A DNA stretch of 64,000 nt, from the IMG/VR virus record IMGVR_UViG_3300022752_000016, one strand, 5' to 3'. This document shows, piece after piece, positions 21,233 through 30,611 of the stretch (position 1 is its first letter; every line of letters starts with the position of its first letter). Under the pieces are notes generated by a model that had not been told where the DNA came from, searched no databases, and was given only the letters and a program-made list of their open reading frames with translations. This DNA is from a virus. Taxonomy: Duplodnaviria > Caudoviricetes. A program made the translations under genes and the position numbers.

Positions 21233-21253
21233 ATATATTAAGGAATAACAAAA

Positions 21254-23584
21254 ATGAGTTCAATAAACACAAATGCACTTGACGTAAATTATCCTGTACC
21301 AGGTGTCAATAACAATTCACAGGGATTTAGAAATAATTTTGCTGCAATTAAAACTAACTTAGATTTTGCAGGTAATGAAATTACGGAGTTACAAAATAAA
21401 AGTGTTCTTAAGTCTGCATTAGCTAATTCAATTGTAAACAATGATATGGCAAATACACTTATAAGTAATGCAAGTACACGTAGTTTTAGGTCTACTACTT
21501 ATAATTTAGGTAACGCACTATCAGGTACAGTTGTTGTAAATGCTTCACTTGGAGATGTACAATATGGAAATATTGCAGGAGACATAATCTTACAATTTGG
21601 ATATTGGGCTCCAGTTGGGACAATGCAAAAAATATCCTTACAGCTAGGTTTCGGTAATCGTGAAGCAAGTGTTGCTTTTCCTATAGAAGTTGTTGCAAAT
21701 GATACATTTGGATTGACTCTTGTAGAAAACTATGAATCTAATAATAGTATTTCTTATGTCACTGTCCCATCAGGGACAGATCAATTAAATTTTGATCTTT
21801 ACACGCTTGATTGCGGAAATACTATTTACATTACTCCTACCAATAGAAGTTTTAAATCTACTCAAATAAAAACTAAAATACCCCCAAGCACTGGAGTATT
21901 AGGAGATATGACAGGAGATGTGTCAATTACTCCAAATCTATCTCAATTAACTATTTCATCGACGGAACATACAGTAGCTAACATTTATCCTGCAGTAACT
22001 ATAATGCCAACAAGTTCTATTACAGGTAATTTATTAACTGTTGGTAGTATAGAATCAGTACAAATTTTAAACGGAGGTATTACAGGAAATACTTTACAAC
22101 TTGGAAATATTCAATCAGGCAACATAAAGGTTGGTATGCAATTATCAGGAAATGGTGTTACTGTAGGTACATATATTGTAAAAAATTTAGGTAATGGAGT
22201 AGGAAATGGAAGCACTTGGCAACTTAGTAACACAAGCACTGTAAGTAATGCTAATGCAGTTACTACAGGGTCTATAATAGATGCAGACGATGGTACACGT
22301 TGGGTTCAAACAGGAAGTATTTCAGGAACAACTTTGACACTAACAGGGTCACCTGGAACAGGTATCGTTGCAGCAAATCAAATAATTACAGGCACAGGTA
22401 TAACTACAGGCACAGGTATTGTAAGTGGTTCAGGTACGACTTGGACAATTTCCCCTAGTCAAACAGTTGCAAGCACCACAATAAGTGGTGGTAATATTGG
22501 TACAACATTAACAGTTGGTACTTTATCTTCAGGAACTATTAAAATAGGTATGTTACTTTCTGGAGGAAATATAAACGCAAATACTTTTATTTCAAATAAT
22601 ATAAGCGGATCAGGAAGTGGAAGTAAGTGGCAAGTATCAAATTCACAATTTCAATCTAGTGTTAATATTACAGGAAGACCTTATATAAGCGGGTCTGCCT
22701 CTATTGTACCTGGTATGATTCTTTCAGGTCATGCTAATTTAACAGCTAATACTTATTATATAACCCAAGAAGTTACTCCTAATAGTTTATATTATATAAA
22801 TAGTTCAGTTACTGTTCCAAGTTCAACAATTATAGGTACCACTGGTATAGCAAATACAACTTTAACAGTAGGAAGTTTTGAAGGTGAGGTAGTAGATGGA
22901 CAAGTTCTATCAGGAACTGGTGTAGCTTCTGGTACCTATATAAAAAATAACATTTCAGGACTTGGTCAATTTAGCACATGGGAAGTAAGTAAAAATCAAA
23001 TTGTGGCAACTTCACAAATTGATGCGGAGGTAAATGCCTTAACGTGCGAGGATACTTCACAATTATACACAGATTTGCCAATCATATTTACAGGTAATAC
23101 TTACGGTGGTGTAAATAAAGGAAACACTTATTATGTAAATCAGGTAGTAAATGAAACACAATTTACTTTAGTTTCAAATGTTGGTAATACAACGGATATT
23201 ACATTAAGTAATGTAAGTGCAACTATGTATGGAAATCCTGTCAGTTATCTTTATTTAGCGACTGATGATTATGATTCTGTTGCAGTAGAAAGTACAATTG
23301 TTGCAACTTTTGATAATGGAAATATAACTTGTAATAATACCTCAAGTTTATCCAATAATGCTCCAATTATTTTTTCGGGAAATGTTTTTGGAGGTATAGT
23401 TGCTAATGAAGTTTATTATATAAAATCTGTAAATACAGGCACAGGTAACATAAGTATTAGTAAAACTAGAACCGATGGTATAGCAGGTACAATGATTTCT
23501 TTGGAAGCAAATACAGGAAGTTTTACATCTAATACATACATTGGAAAGGATATTTGGCGTAGAATTTCTGTCACTCCATTTTAA
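21254..23584 (+). CDS. Tail/baseplate structural protein with tandem beta-rich modules
   Basis: N-terminal 'PVPGVNNNSQGFRNNF..IK'; about six G/S/T-rich repeats; preceded by CTAAATA and RBS AAGGA. Confidence 0.75.
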   Translation: MSSINTNALDVNYPVPGVNNNSQGFRNNFAAIKTNLDFAGNEITELQNKSVLKSALANSIVNNDMANTLISNASTRSFRSTTYNLGNALSGTVVVNASLGDVQYGNIAGDIILQFGYWAPVGTMQKISLQLGFGNREASVAFPIEVVANDTFGLTLVENYESNNSISYVTVPSGTDQLNFDLYTLDCGNTIYITPTNRSFKSTQIKTKIPPSTGVLGDMTGDVSITPNLSQLTISSTEHTVANIYPAVTIMPTSSITGNLLTVGSIESVQILNGGITGNTLQLGNIQSGNIKVGMQLSGNGVTVGTYIVKNLGNGVGNGSTWQLSNTSTVSNANAVTTGSIIDADDGTRWVQTGSISGTTLTLTGSPGTGIVAANQIITGTGITTGTGIVSGSGTTWTISPSQTVASTTISGGNIGTTLTVGTLSSGTIKIGMLLSGGNINANTFISNNISGSGSGSKWQVSNSQFQSSVNITGRPYISGSASIVPGMILSGHANLTANTYYITQEVTPNSLYYINSSVTVPSSTIIGTTGIANTTLTVGSFEGEVVDGQVLSGTGVASGTYIKNNISGLGQFSTWEVSKNQIVATSQIDAEVNALTCEDTSQLYTDLPIIFTGNTYGGVNKGNTYYVNQVVNETQFTLVSNVGNTTDITLSNVSATMYGNPVSYLYLATDDYDSVAVESTIVATFDNGNITCNNTSSLSNNAPIIFSGNVFGGIVANEVYYIKSVNTGTGNISISKTRTDGIAGTMISLEANTGSFTSNTYIGKDIWRRISVTPF

Positions 23585-23585
23585 T

Positions 23586-23819
23586 ATGCAACATCCTTTC
23601 ATAAACGATTTGTCAAACTTGACGATGGAAGAATTACAACAAAAAATTACTGAATTAAATAATAAACTTAATTTTGCTTATAGATCAGGAAAAGGTCCAT
23701 TAATACATCAATTACAAATGGTTATTGAAAGTTACAAAACAGAATATAATAAAAAAATTGCTGAAATGGTAAATAAACAAAATTTAAAATCGCAAATTAA
23801 TGTGGAAAAGACAAAATGA
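23586..23819 (+). CDS. Hypothetical coiled-coil protein
   Basis: ATG 2 nt after the upstream stop (shorter than the tracked 23541 start); 77 aa. Confidence 0.7.
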   Translation: MQHPFINDLSNLTMEELQQKITELNNKLNFAYRSGKGPLIHQLQMVIESYKTEYNKKIAEMVNKQNLKSQINVEKTK

Positions 23820-24376
23820 CTACTAGAATAGAAAAAAATTGGAATTTTAATGCAGGCGTACATTTTTCAGATAAATTGTTGTTAAATAATTATATCATAA
23901 CATTGTCTATGGTAGTTGAAACGGAACAGGTACGTGAACAAAATATTGCAATGGAAAGGTTACATTATTTTATAAATGAAGTCCTAGATAATAGTATTTT
24001 TTTTGATCTAAATGATAAAAAAATAGAAGCTTTTAAAAATCTAAATTTAAAAATATGTTCGCTTCCTGAAGAACCATTTGATCAAATAATTGGAATCATT
24101 TTACTAATGAAATTTAATTCTATTCTTGAAAACAAATTAGTAGTCACAGATTTGTTTATAGAATCAAAACTAGGAGATTATGTTAAGTTTCATATTGTTC
24201 AAGAAATAGCCGAAAGTTTTTTTACAGGAAATAATTGGTGGAATAATGCATCCGCAAATATTTCAAATAATGAAAAAAATTCGGGAAAAAAAACTAAAAT
24301 AGTTAAATTATTTGATGATGATTGGTTAGGTTTAGGTTTGTCTTGGAAAGATCCTAAAGTTTGCCAAAAAAGTTGA
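23816..24376 (+). CDS. Hypothetical protein
   Basis: ATGA-coupled 186-aa ORF. Confidence 0.75.
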   Translation: MTTRIEKNWNFNAGVHFSDKLLLNNYIITLSMVVETEQVREQNIAMERLHYFINEVLDNSIFFDLNDKKIEAFKNLNLKICSLPEEPFDQIIGIILLMKFNSILENKLVVTDLFIESKLGDYVKFHIVQEIAESFFTGNNWWNNASANISNNEKNSGKKTKIVKLFDDDWLGLGLSWKDPKVCQKS

Positions 24377-24400
24377 CTTATATATAAACTATGTTAAAAT
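24373..24400 (+). promoter_or_regulatory. Sigma70-like promoter TTGACT-N16-TAAAAT with extended -10 TG
   Basis: Near-consensus boxes immediately upstream of 24407. Confidence 0.6.
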
Positions 24401-24406
24401 TGTTCT

Positions 24407-24916
24407 ATGAAGGTAGATAAATATGGTCAAGTTATACTAAATGAAGAGGACTTGTGTGAAGTATTATATACAAATCCAAACCATACTTTTGTAAAAGTTT
24501 TTACAGAAACTTTAATAAAAATTCCTAATTTCGTACATACTGGTAGTTTTATACCTTCTATAAATAACGATAATACAATAGAAGAATTTGATTATAAATT
24601 ACAAAAAAATTATTATATACCAGAAAAATATAAAAATTTTGATATTAAAAACCATATCAAAAATTTATGTAACAACAATTTAGAATTACATAGGGTAGAA
24701 TTAGAATTAAAGTTGTTTGAAAAATATGATATGATTAATTTGTTAATTTATTTAAAATACTTAGTAGATATTACAAAACTTCACAATATTGTTTTGGGTG
24801 TAGGCAGAGGCAGTAGTGTTGCTAGTTTTGTATTATACTTGCTAGGAATTCATAAAATAAATTCATTAAAATATAATTTATCAATAAATGAATTTTTTAA
24901 AGGAGAAAATTTATGA
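24407..24916 (+). CDS. Short DnaE (Pol III alpha)-like fragment protein lacking the catalytic aspartates
   Basis: 'ELKLFEK...YLKYLVD...GVGRGSSVASFVLYLLGIHKINSLKYNL..EF' matches the DnaE GRGS region; ends before the PDIDxD motif. Confidence 0.75.
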   Translation: MKVDKYGQVILNEEDLCEVLYTNPNHTFVKVFTETLIKIPNFVHTGSFIPSINNDNTIEEFDYKLQKNYYIPEKYKNFDIKNHIKNLCNNNLELHRVELELKLFEKYDMINLLIYLKYLVDITKLHNIVLGVGRGSSVASFVLYLLGIHKINSLKYNLSINEFFKGENL

Positions 24917-25296
24917 AGGTTAAAACTGCACAAGGAAAAACTTTGGATATGGGTGCACTAATCGCTAAAAATGAAAAAGCCAGAGCCGTAGGAAACATGA
25001 AGGTTAATGCAAGAGGAGATACAATTGATTCACATAATAATATTATCAAATCTGTAAATGAAAAAACAGCTAGTGGATATGCAAAAACAGTTGGAAATAA
25101 ATCAGGCCAAATTGTTCGTCAAACTCCTTTAAGTAATAATCAAAGTACTATGCACACCATTAATCAACTGCCTGTAAAACCAATTAATGATGAAGAACAA
25201 AATTTATTACAAGATTTACAAGAATTTATAGAGGATGATAAAGACCTTAAAAAAGAAACAAATGAAAAGGAAAAAAATGATAGTAAGGAAATTTAA
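24913..25296 (+). CDS. Hypothetical protein
   Basis: 127-aa ORF with RBS AGGAG. Confidence 0.75.
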   Translation: MKVKTAQGKTLDMGALIAKNEKARAVGNMKVNARGDTIDSHNNIIKSVNEKTASGYAKTVGNKSGQIVRQTPLSNNQSTMHTINQLPVKPINDEEQNLLQDLQEFIEDDKDLKKETNEKEKNDSKEI

Positions 25297-25624
25297 AAAA
25301 ATCCTACCACTTTATGATTCAGTAATTGTAAGTGATATGATGTTTGAAGAAAGAGTCAGTCAAGGAGGTATAATAATTCCAAATGATGATATGAAAGATT
25401 CTGGAATAAGACCAAGATGGGCAAAAGTCTATGCTATAGGTCCTGATCAAAAAGACATAAAGGTCGGGCAATATATTTTAATAAGTCATGGTCGTTGGAC
25501 TAGAGGTATTAAAATTGATGATGGTGATAGTATAAAAACTATCCGTAAAGTGGATAACAATGATATATTAATGGTGAGTGATGAACCTGTACATGATCAA
25601 ACAATGAGTGACAAGGTAGTTTAA
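25277..25624 (+). CDS. groES: Co-chaperonin GroES (Cpn10)
   Basis: 'ILPLYDSVIV...ERVSQGGIIIP...AKVYAIGP...IKVGQYIL...DNNDILMV' follows the Cpn10 pattern including the mobile loop. Confidence 0.85.
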   Translation: MIVRKFKKILPLYDSVIVSDMMFEERVSQGGIIIPNDDMKDSGIRPRWAKVYAIGPDQKDIKVGQYILISHGRWTRGIKIDDGDSIKTIRKVDNNDILMVSDEPVHDQTMSDKVV

Positions 25625-26064
25625 TGGCTAAATGGCATGTAAGTACTGAGGATAAAAAGTCTGTTGAAGAACACGAATTTTGGGAAAAAGATGGAATGAC
25701 CATTATTCGTATTACAGGTTATCGTTGGGGTAGTTGGATTGTTACGACAACAAATGATGACGAACCTAATTTTTCTAGAATTAAAAATCCGTTAGGGGAT
25801 GAAAAAGAAGATAGTATTGACATGAACAATTGTTATGAAAATAACATTGAGGATGTTGAATTAGAATCACTAGATGATGGTTGGTTTAGTGATATTATGT
25901 ATCCTGATGATTTTTTGGATGAAGAACATATGAATGAAATTTGGGATGAAGATTCATATGAGGGATGGGAAAGAGAAGGTTGGATACAGACAGAAACAGA
26001 GTGTTGGATAAGTTGTAATTTAATTTGTGAAAAAATTGAGGACAAAAATGAAGTGGTTTTATAA
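25624..26064 (+). CDS. Acidic hypothetical protein
   Basis: 146 aa, D/E/W-rich; TAATG coupling. Confidence 0.75.
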   Translation: MAKWHVSTEDKKSVEEHEFWEKDGMTIIRITGYRWGSWIVTTTNDDEPNFSRIKNPLGDEKEDSIDMNNCYENNIEDVELESLDDGWFSDIMYPDDFLDEEHMNEIWDEDSYEGWEREGWIQTETECWISCNLICEKIEDKNEVVL

Positions 26065-26329
26065 TTGGTTAGGTAAAAAATGCCAAAAAGCAATAGAAGA
26101 AAATCAAAAAGAAGTAGTATTAGCATCAGACTCTACTAGAGGTATTGACATACGTAGTCGTGGGATGAATTTTACAGTATATCGTGCTAATGGAGGTCAT
26201 GTTATTGAAACTAAAAAATATGATAGAAAATGTGATCATATTGATCATGCGTTACATATTATAACAGATGATAAGGATTTGGGTGAAGAAATTGGAAGAA
26301 TTATTACTTTTGAACATTTAAGGAGCTAA
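26048..26329 (+). CDS. Hypothetical protein
   Basis: ATG at 26048 behind GAGGA; 93 aa. Confidence 0.7.
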   Translation: MKWFYNWLGKKCQKAIEENQKEVVLASDSTRGIDIRSRGMNFTVYRANGGHVIETKKYDRKCDHIDHALHIITDDKDLGEEIGRIITFEHLRS

Positions 26330-26333
26330 AATT

Positions 26334-27026
26334 ATGTTTACAATGAGTGAATCTTTTAACCCTGTTTATAGAACTGCTGAAGAAATAAACACAGCTATGG
26401 CAGGCGTTTATAAATGGATGTTTTTAGCAATTAGTGTAAGTATGGGTATTGCGTTTGGAGTTGGTAGTAATCCTGATTTACTAAATTTCTTTTTTACAGG
26501 TCTATTAAAATGGGTCGTAATTTTTGCCCCATTAGTTGCAGTATTCGCAATTTCAATGGCATTAAATGCTAATCCTCCTAAGGAACTAGCAGTGCTAATG
26601 TTAATAGGGTTTTCAGCATTAATGGGATTAAGCTTTTCTACAATTTTTGCAATTTATAAATTGGGAAGTATTTTTACTGCATTCATGGGTGCAGGTATTT
26701 TATTTGGAGTAATGAGTTTTTATGGATATTTTACAAAAAAGAGCTTGGATAGTGTCGGAAAGTTTATGTTTGTTGGCCTTATCGCTATTATTCTTGCCAG
26801 TATTGTCAACATTTTCATCGGTAGTAGTTTATTCAGCATGGTTATTAGCAGTATTGCTATCATTGTATTTTTGGGATTGACTGCATATGATACACAAAAA
26901 ATCCGTGAAATGATTAGTTATGAAACATCTGGAAACATGGAAGTTCAAGGAGCATTGACATTATACATGAATTTCATTAATATATTTCTATCTTTACTAC
27001 AATTATTCGGTGAAAAGAAAGAATGA
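26334..27026 (+). CDS. Bax inhibitor-1/YccA family multi-pass membrane protein
   Basis: About seven hydrophobic segments; 'AYDTQKI' and 'ALTLYMNFINIFLSLLQLFG' are BI-1 family hallmarks. Confidence 0.9.
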   Translation: MFTMSESFNPVYRTAEEINTAMAGVYKWMFLAISVSMGIAFGVGSNPDLLNFFFTGLLKWVVIFAPLVAVFAISMALNANPPKELAVLMLIGFSALMGLSFSTIFAIYKLGSIFTAFMGAGILFGVMSFYGYFTKKSLDSVGKFMFVGLIAIILASIVNIFIGSSLFSMVISSIAIIVFLGLTAYDTQKIREMISYETSGNMEVQGALTLYMNFINIFLSLLQLFGEKKE

Positions 27027-27949
27027 AAAATAAATTATGGGTTGAAAAATATCGTCCTGTTACAGTAGATGAGTATGTTTTTACTGATGAAAAAACTAAA
27101 CAACTAGTTACAGGTTGGATTAAAGAAGAAACTATTCCACATCTACTGTTATCAGGTGATCCTGGCACAGGTAAAACTACCTTGGCAAAAGTTCTTATAC
27201 ATGAACTTGGTATTGAAGAATATGATATTCTTGAAATTAATGCTAGTCGTGAAAATGGTATTGATACATTACGTGAAAAAATTAATGGTTTCGTACAAAC
27301 AATGCCATTTGGTAAATTTAAAGTAGTATTATTAGACGAGGCAGATTATTTAACACAACCAAGTCAGGCTGCTTTACGTAGTGATATGGAAACATATCAT
27401 ATGACTGTGCGTTATATTTTGACATGTAACTACGAGCATAAAATTATCCCTGCATTACGTGAAAGTCGTTGTCATAAAATACATATAGCTAAACCTGATA
27501 TGACAGAGTTTACTGCAAGAGCTGCAACTGTTCTGGTTACTGAAAATATTGATTTTGATTTAGATGTATTGGATACGTTTATAAGAGCAACATATCCTGA
27601 TTTGCGTAAATGTCTAAATCAATTACAAATTAATTCAAGTACAGGAAAATTAGTAAGTCCAAATAATGATGCTCCAACAGAAAACGAATTGTTACTAGCC
27701 GCTACAAATTTAATTAAGAGTGGTAAAATATTAGAGGGTAGACAGCAATTAATGCAATACATTGCTATGTATCCTACAAGAATAGAAGAAATTTATCGTT
27801 GGATGTACGATAATCTTGACTTATGGGGAAGCACAAATGAAAAACGGGACGCAAGTATAATAATTATAAGAAATGGTCTTGCAAATCTACCGTTAGTTGG
27901 TATACCTGAAATTAGTTTAGCGGCTACTCTTGTTGAGCTTACAACATAA
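27023..27949 (+). CDS. Sliding clamp loader AAA+ subunit (gp44/RFC small-like)
   Basis: 'LWVEKYRP', Walker A 'GDPGTGKT', 'EINASRENGID', Walker B 'VLLDEAD', 'SQAALR', 'PDLRK'. Confidence 0.93.
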   Translation: MKNKLWVEKYRPVTVDEYVFTDEKTKQLVTGWIKEETIPHLLLSGDPGTGKTTLAKVLIHELGIEEYDILEINASRENGIDTLREKINGFVQTMPFGKFKVVLLDEADYLTQPSQAALRSDMETYHMTVRYILTCNYEHKIIPALRESRCHKIHIAKPDMTEFTARAATVLVTENIDFDLDVLDTFIRATYPDLRKCLNQLQINSSTGKLVSPNNDAPTENELLLAATNLIKSGKILEGRQQLMQYIAMYPTRIEEIYRWMYDNLDLWGSTNEKRDASIIIIRNGLANLPLVGIPEISLAATLVELTT

Positions 27950-27970
27950 ATAGTTTATAGGAGTAAATTA

Positions 27971-28387
27971 ATGGCTTGGCAAGCAAAAATAATACTTAAA
28001 AATTTTATACTATATAATATGGATATTATCCATAATGGTAACAAAATTGCTACTGTTCCAGAAATGTCTGAGTATACTTTTTTTTCAGAAATACAAAATA
28101 ACGAAATGTTTCTGAAATTTTGGACTGAACCCAACGTTTATTTTTTAGAAACTATATTTAATTTTACTGAAGGTGGACCTGGCTATATAAATAGAGGAAT
28201 ATTACAAGGACAAACCGAGGATATTAAGTTAACATTAATATCAAATAGTGAAATTATTTTTGAGCAAACTAATGACACTGGAGGAATGAACTTTTTATCT
28301 GATCTTTTTGCTAATGGAAATGCAGTTACGTTAGAGTATACACGAGTAACTGTTGCATTAGAACAAAACTTAACATTGGATTCTTAG
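27971..28387 (+). CDS. Hypothetical beta-rich protein, paralog of 28672..29052
   Basis: Shared M.WQ....KN, KFW, YI.RG.L, TN and F.NG anchors with the downstream ORF. Confidence 0.7.
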   Translation: MAWQAKIILKNFILYNMDIIHNGNKIATVPEMSEYTFFSEIQNNEMFLKFWTEPNVYFLETIFNFTEGGPGYINRGILQGQTEDIKLTLISNSEIIFEQTNDTGGMNFLSDLFANGNAVTLEYTRVTVALEQNLTLDS

Positions 28388-28389
28388 TA

Positions 28390-28656
28390 ATGAGATATTT
28401 ACTTATAACATTTTTGCGAAAGAAAGATGGTCAAATTGATGAAATGGTAAGAATTTCAAAAAAAACAAAACAGGCTGATGTTCAAGTTTGTAATGTTATA
28501 TTAGATTATGCTGAAAAAAAGATTGACAAATGTGTAATAGAAGGTAAAAAACTGGATACAAATTGGGATAAATTAAATGAATATTATAAAAAAATTTATC
28601 CTCAGTTAATTGAGCAACTTGAAAAAGAGGCAAAAATTACAGCAATGGAAAAATAA
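28390..28656 (+). CDS. Hypothetical protein
   Basis: 88-aa ORF in operon. Confidence 0.75.
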   Translation: MRYLLITFLRKKDGQIDEMVRISKKTKQADVQVCNVILDYAEKKIDKCVIEGKKLDTNWDKLNEYYKKIYPQLIEQLEKEAKITAMEK

Positions 28657-28671
28657 AATATTGGAGATTAT

Positions 28672-29052
28672 ATGAGTTGGCAATCGTTATTAGTAATAAA
28701 AAACAAGACACAGCATAACATTACTTTGGCTAATGCCTTAGGCGATATTACAACGGTCTTACCTTCTAGTAATTATAAACATCTAATAAATGAACAAACT
28801 ACATTAATTATGTTTAAGTTTTGGGAACAAGAAAATAATTTTTTTATGTTAGGCACATTAAATATAAGTTCGGAATTAGGTGTATATATTGATAGAGGTG
28901 ATTTACCTTTAAATATGCAAAATATAATACTACGAGCAGATATTAATGGTATAGATTATATTCAAAAAACCAATCTTGGTAGTAAAGTAATGGAATATAA
29001 TCAGTTTCCTAATGGAGGGTCAATTATTTTAAGATTTGAAAACGGGGCTTAA
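28672..29052 (+). CDS. Hypothetical beta-rich protein, paralog of 27971..28387
   Basis: RBS GGAG; alignable by eye to 27971..28387. Confidence 0.7.
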   Translation: MSWQSLLVIKNKTQHNITLANALGDITTVLPSSNYKHLINEQTTLIMFKFWEQENNFFMLGTLNISSELGVYIDRGDLPLNMQNIILRADINGIDYIQKTNLGSKVMEYNQFPNGGSIILRFENGA

Positions 29053-29065
29053 GCCCCGTTTTTTT
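29041..29065 (+). terminator. Terminator AACGGGGCTTAAGCCCCGTT-TTTTT between convergent genes
   Basis: Perfect 20-bp palindrome plus T-tract, overlapping the stop codon at 29050-29052. Confidence 0.85.
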
Positions 29066-29846
29066 AACCATATAATTTTAAAATATGTTCAATAATACGG
29101 TGTCTACGAATATCTTCTACTTTAAATTCACAAGTTATAAGACCATCGACTTTACACAATTTAAGTTTGTTTTTTAAATCTAATAAACCATTTTCCGTAT
29201 TTTTTCTATCAGTTTGTTCAATATCTCCTGTAATAATTATTTTACTATTTTTTCCTATACGTGTCATAAGCATTTTTAGTTGACTTGGTGTAGCATTTTG
29301 GGCTTCATCTAAAATAATCCAGCTATAGTTGAAATTCCTACCACGGCAAAATGCCAATGGCGTAATTTCAATTATTTGTTCATCTAACATATGTTTTATA
29401 TCTTTAGCCGAATAATATTCACGTAAAATATCAATCAAAGGTCTTACCCATGGTTCCATTTTTTGATTTAAATCGCCTGGTAAAAATCCATGTTTTTCGT
29501 CATCAACAGTTACAGCTGGTCTAGTTAAAATTATTTTTTCACATTCTTTTTCTCTCAATGCTTTTATAGCAGTTAACATAGCTAAATAAGTTTTTCCTGT
29601 ACCAGCAGGTCCCGAAACAACAACGATATCTGTGGTTGGATCATTCAAGAAGTCCAAATAAATTTTTTGATTTTCGCTTTGAGCTTTTATAACAACAGAT
29701 TTCCTATTTTTAAAAGCGTAATTTGCTTGGTTAAAATCTATTGTTTTTGATTGATTCATATAAAATGTGTTTGATTCATCTAGACTGGTAATGTAGTTTT
29801 GTTTGCTATCTTGTTTTCTTAGGGCTCCAGTTTTTCTTTTAGCCAA
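29064..29846 (-). CDS. phoH: PhoH-family ATPase
   Basis: 'GPAGTGKT', 'ILTRP', 'GFLPGDL', 'PLAFCRGRNF', 'ILDEAQN', 'TRIG', 'GDIEQTD', 'RRHRI'. Confidence 0.93.
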   Translation of the reverse strand: MAKRKTGALRKQDSKQNYITSLDESNTFYMNQSKTIDFNQANYAFKNRKSVVIKAQSENQKIYLDFLNDPTTDIVVVSGPAGTGKTYLAMLTAIKALREKECEKIILTRPAVTVDDEKHGFLPGDLNQKMEPWVRPLIDILREYYSAKDIKHMLDEQIIEITPLAFCRGRNFNYSWIILDEAQNATPSQLKMLMTRIGKNSKIIITGDIEQTDRKNTENGLLDLKNKLKLCKVDGLITCEFKVEDIRRHRIIEHILKLYG

Positions 29847-29980
29847 ATTGAATTCTCCTGTAATTTTTGTGAACTAGTTCACAACAGTATTTACATTGTT
29901 AGATATGTAAAAGATTATACAGTTAAAACACTTTTATTTCAGATAAATAATAGGTTAAGGTTTAATCTTATTTATGATTT

Positions 29981-29988
29981 GATAAATA
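29981..29988 (+). promoter_or_regulatory. Late promoter-like GATAAATA
   Basis: A second copy lies at 29942-29949; both are upstream of 29993. Confidence 0.5.
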
Positions 29989-29992
29989 CTTT

Positions 29993-30610
29993 ATGGGAAT
30001 AAAAAGAGCAGATAATTTTTTTAATGATGTTGATTTTATCAGCATTGTAAACAATGTAAAGGGTATATTTACCAGTGATGGAATTATGTCCACGTTACTT
30101 GATTTTGAAAGAGTATTGGATGAAGCTGATTTATATGCATTTAGAAATTGGATTATAGGTGAATTAGTTGACGGGCCCAACGTAGGTCGTTATAATGTAA
30201 AATGTACATTTATGTGGCCTAAAAACTTAATGCCTGATCCAAGGGGGGCTAAAAGATTATTAGCTATTGGTTGCAAACTTACATTTGCTAAATCTAAAAT
30301 AAAAGTACCTATAGAAATTAAAGATTATGAAGATTTTGTACCTGGTACAAAGTACCCTAAAATGGTAGAAAAATTAGTTTGGTTCGTAGAAATTGAGATC
30401 CCATTAGAATTAATGGATGATATTAAAGAGGGTTCTATTGATATTGCAGACCAAACTATTGACTTAGATGAAATAGAAGATGCTTACAACAAAGATTTAG
30501 ATAAAGAAGGTGCCACTCAAGAAAATAAACAGGAAAATCCCCAAAATTTAAATCCTGAAGAACAAGATATGGCAAACCCAACCATGTCTATACCTACACA
30601 AGGAAAGTAA
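29993..30610 (+). CDS. Conserved phage hypothetical protein
   Basis: 205-aa ORF with acidic C-terminus. Confidence 0.75.
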   Translation: MGIKRADNFFNDVDFISIVNNVKGIFTSDGIMSTLLDFERVLDEADLYAFRNWIIGELVDGPNVGRYNVKCTFMWPKNLMPDPRGAKRLLAIGCKLTFAKSKIKVPIEIKDYEDFVPGTKYPKMVEKLVWFVEIEIPLELMDDIKEGSIDIADQTIDLDEIEDAYNKDLDKEGATQENKQENPQNLNPEEQDMANPTMSIPTQGK

Positions 30611-30611
30611 T

